Assembly: GCA_039807095.1 (NCBI GenBank)
Contig: JBDHQM010000003.1
Location: 24,620-88,619 of the forward strand
DNA: 64,000 bases
Source of the DNA: Kiritimatiellia bacterium
GTDB taxonomy: Bacteria; Verrucomicrobiota; Kiritimatiellia; CAIVKH01
Direction of reading: 5' to 3'
This document shows positions 61,256 through 64,000 of this stretch, in pieces (the first letter of the stretch is position 1; each line of letters starts with the position of its first letter). The notes under the pieces are model-generated. The model saw only the letters and a program-made list of their open reading frames with translations, searched no databases and was not told the origin of the DNA. Made by a program: the position numbers and the translations under genes.

Positions 61256-64000
61256 TTATTTTTCGGGGCGCGCGGCCTTGTAGCGTTGGTCCAACTCGCC
61301 GACGCGACGGCGGACATGGGCAATGAATTCGTCAACGCGATTGTCGTAGGGGTTGTCGCGGTAACGATCCCATCGCCGGTCGTCCCACTCGACGTAGCCG
61401 GTGAGGGATTGCGCGTGTTCTCGAATGTCGCGCTCCATGGCATCGAGATCGAGCACGCTACGGCGCAGCTCCCACCAGCGCGCGGCGAGGCGTTCCGCGT
61501 AGCCGGGATATTCCTTCAGCATGCGGGAGAAGACGATGCTGTGATAGAGCGGGTAGCGCGTGTGTCCGTAGGTGTTGTCGAAGTCGTAGGGGATGAGGAA
61601 GAATTTGGCATCTGCGCCGGGTGGGCGTGCGAGAAGGTCGTGGATGGCAAATTTGAAGGGGTACCCGTTGTAGTTTTCGCTGAAGTCGAGAAGGATGTGG
61701 AAATCGGTCAGGTTATCGAGGTCGAGTTGCTGTCCGATTTGCGCAGTAAACTGGTCTGCGGGCGCCTGCATGATAAGGCGATGCAGTTCGAGTTCGGGGT
61801 CGAGGAACACTCCCTTGCGGCGGGAAGGTTCGAGTTGGCGCATGAAGTATTCGCCATCCGGTGAAAGGCTGGGGGGGCCGCCAGCGGCTTTATAGAGGAG
61901 GGCGGGATTCGGGTCGGCGTCGTCGAGGTCCGGGAACCCGAGCCATTCATTGCGAATGGAGGGGCTGACTTCGTAGAGGCCGAAATAGTTGCCGTTGGCG
62001 AACACTTCCACCCATGTGACGGGCATTCCGACGCGAACTCGGTCGGGCGTGTCCGCAAAGGCGGCGAAGCGCGAATAGAAGAACCAGTTGTGCAGGAAGG
62101 AGGGATCGCGCCAGGGGTTGACGAAGCGGAGTTTCGTTTCGTTGGTGGTGCCCCACCAGCCGTGTGGCTCGGAAAGGCGGAGGCTGAAGGGACGTTTGAG
62201 TTGGCGGAGCGATGTGTGCCCGCGCATGGCGATGCCCGCTCGCCCGTCTTGTGCGGCGTAATAGCGCTGCACTGTGGTGTCGCTGCCTGCGGGGTAGACC
62301 TCTGTGGCGCAATCCACGCGGCGAATGCGATCGAGCGGTGCGGCAGCCCAGAGGAATACGGCAGAGACGGTGCGGTTGCGCGGCATGACGCGGAAATCCA
62401 GCGTGCGTATTGCGGCGTCGGAGTGTGTGCCTGTGATGTGTGCGGTGAGGGTGACGCCGGTCGGTGTGTTGTTGGTGGGGCGCGTGACGCGTCCGGATTC
62501 GGAGATGATGTCCGGGTTGCTGCTGGTCCACGTCAGCGGGGTTCCATCGGGCAACTGGCGCGGCAGGGGGAGGTCATACAGGATGAAGAGCGGGGCGGGA
62601 TTGGTTCCGATCACGAGCCACGGGGAGAGTGTGGCGAGCATTTCTTCTCCGCGTGTCTTGCGCAGGGGTTCGGCGAGGGGGAGTTGCTTGAGCCGGTTTT
62701 TGCTGTCGCGCAGTTTTGCGACGATCTCACGACTGCTCAGCGGGCTGGTGTAATCGGAGCGGATCAGGTTGCGAAATGCGCGGTCGGTTTCATTGCAGAG
62801 TTCGATCAGGCGCGCGCGCTCTATGCGGGGCGGCTTGCTGATTCCTACATGTTGCCATTCCTTCCGCCGGGTGACTCCCTGGAGGCGCTCCGAGGTTTCG
62901 CCGGGCGGGACACCGAGGTGAGTATAATCCTCGAAATAATAGAGACCCGCGAATTCGCCATTAATCAAAAGGCGGCAGAACCCGTTCGAGATGGCGGGAA
63001 GATTCAATTCGCGCGCCACTCGGGTTTCGAGGATGGGGGCGAGCCAGTCGGCAGATTCGGGTGGTTGCAGGCGGATACGGCGGAATCCGAGGATAGTTTC
63101 GCCATCCTGCACCTCGAGCACGTAGGAACGGCGGATGGATGCGGGGTAGGCGCTGTCTGATCCATCGAGCCGTAGAAAACCCGTAAAGCTGTGCTGACCA
63201 TCGAGGACGTCAACGCGGCGCGGTTGCGCGGCGCTGTCAGTACGGCGTCCATTTTTCCGGCTGGCGCGATCTGCCTTGAGGAAGAAGCGGGCATCCTTCT
63301 TTGAGAGAGCCAGATTGATTTGCGGAAGCGGCGCACGCTGGATCTTTCCCGCGTGTAGCGCCGGATTGAAGCGGTCTGCAAGTTTGAGCAGGTGCGAATA
63401 GGCGTTGCGGAAGGTGTCTATGCGGTTGAGTTTTTCGACTTCCCGTCCGGCGAGGCGCTGGAGGGCAGGCTGTTCTCCCTGGGCCCACGCGGCTACTTCA
63501 GCGTCCGTGAGTGCGTGTTTCCAAATCACCACATCATCCACTGCGCCCTGAAGCGGTTCGGCGATGAGCGTGGTGTTCGCTGCGCCGATATGGAGGATGC
63601 CCTCTGCGGGCCGAAAGGGTTCGTCCTCAAGCGTCGCGCGCAGTGCGCCGTCCTCGTAGAGGCGGATGCGGCCTGCATCCGCCTCCACGACTGCGGCGAT
63701 ATGGACGAAGCGGTTGTAGTTTGTGAACGTGTAGTGCGCTGCCTGCACCGCACCCGTGGAGGCAGAGAAAAATGCGAGCTGGCCGCGGTCCAACTTGAGG
63801 CCCATCGCGCGCGAGTCGCGCGTGAAGAGGATTTCCTGATCGGGCGATGCGGGGTTCAGGTTGATCCAAAGGGAGACGGTGAACGTGGAGCCGAGATCGC
63901 TCCACTTCAGCGGGAGCCGCACGAACGTGCGGCGTCCGCCATCGAACTCCAGTGCAGTTCCAAACCGACCCTGTACGGCGCGCGTACCGGCGATGCGGGC
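61256..64000 (-). CDS. CotH kinase-family protein with N-terminal LamG/concanavalin-like domain; 5' end outside window
   Basis: The reading frame stays open to the window edge (ARIAGTRAVQGRFGTALEFDGG...). LamG-like LWINL...HIAAVV...IRLYEDG...VDDVVIWKHALT. CotH-type C-terminal region with FLIPYDFDNTYGH. Confidence 0.75.
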   Translation of the reverse strand, partial: ARIAGTRAVQGRFGTALEFDGGRRTFVRLPLKWSDLGSTFTVSLWINLNPASPDQEILFTRDSRAMGLKLDRGQLAFFSASTGAVQAAHYTFTNYNRFVHIAAVVEADAGRIRLYEDGALRATLEDEPFRPAEGILHIGAANTTLIAEPLQGAVDDVVIWKHALTDAEVAAWAQGEQPALQRLAGREVEKLNRIDTFRNAYSHLLKLADRFNPALHAGKIQRAPLPQINLALSKKDARFFLKADRASRKNGRRTDSAAQPRRVDVLDGQHSFTGFLRLDGSDSAYPASIRRSYVLEVQDGETILGFRRIRLQPPESADWLAPILETRVARELNLPAISNGFCRLLINGEFAGLYYFEDYTHLGVPPGETSERLQGVTRRKEWQHVGISKPPRIERARLIELCNETDRAFRNLIRSDYTSPLSSREIVAKLRDSKNRLKQLPLAEPLRKTRGEEMLATLSPWLVIGTNPAPLFILYDLPLPRQLPDGTPLTWTSSNPDIISESGRVTRPTNNTPTGVTLTAHITGTHSDAAIRTLDFRVMPRNRTVSAVFLWAAAPLDRIRRVDCATEVYPAGSDTTVQRYYAAQDGRAGIAMRGHTSLRQLKRPFSLRLSEPHGWWGTTNETKLRFVNPWRDPSFLHNWFFYSRFAAFADTPDRVRVGMPVTWVEVFANGNYFGLYEVSPSIRNEWLGFPDLDDADPNPALLYKAAGGPPSLSPDGEYFMRQLEPSRRKGVFLDPELELHRLIMQAPADQFTAQIGQQLDLDNLTDFHILLDFSENYNGYPFKFAIHDLLARPPGADAKFFLIPYDFDNTYGHTRYPLYHSIVFSRMLKEYPGYAERLAARWWELRRSVLDLDAMERDIREHAQSLTGYVEWDDRRWDRYRDNPYDNRVDEFIAHVRRRVGELDQRYKAARPEK

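Overview
High-G+C bacterial chromosomal segment, about 60 genes. A PEP-CTERM protein, GldG/DUF4340 and CotH genes and many hairpin repeats suggest a PVC-type (Verrucomicrobiota-like) lineage, but that is only an inference. Housekeeping content: glycerate kinase, an amino-acid ABC permease/ATPase pair, purF, thrS-infC, a TetR-regulated RND efflux operon (adaptor, pump, outer-membrane factor), tRNA-Pro(UGG), recC-recB-recD, an ABC/GldG-like/DUF4340 cluster, sbcDC, purB-purM-purH, two SLT transglycosylases, a TlpA-like redoxin, a DjlA-like co-chaperone and a CBM20-esterase. Between these sit small accessory islets that look AT-richer on spot counts: an AbiEi/AbiEii pair plus a lone AbiEi-like gene, YefM-YoeB, a HigB/HigA-type pair back-to-back with Phd-VapC, a truncated RhuM gene beside the tRNA, and a GxxExxY gene flanked by 31-nt inverted repeats between purM and purH. 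The observations least explained by standard annotation are: (1) a 15-nt palindrome, TTCCAA-N3-TTGGAA, in strict 32-nt register at three separate gene-upstream loci; (2) a two-domain IS200/RAYT-like HUH gene flanked by ACAAG-loop hairpins in opposite orientation and a 120-121-bp tandem array; (3) a second repeat family at 1.5-1.95 kb with the same hairpin architecture. I found no CRISPR array, rRNA, integrase or prophage. Many long antisense ORFs in the track are high-G+C artefacts. All calls rest on reading the translations and the sequence by eye; no searches were run.
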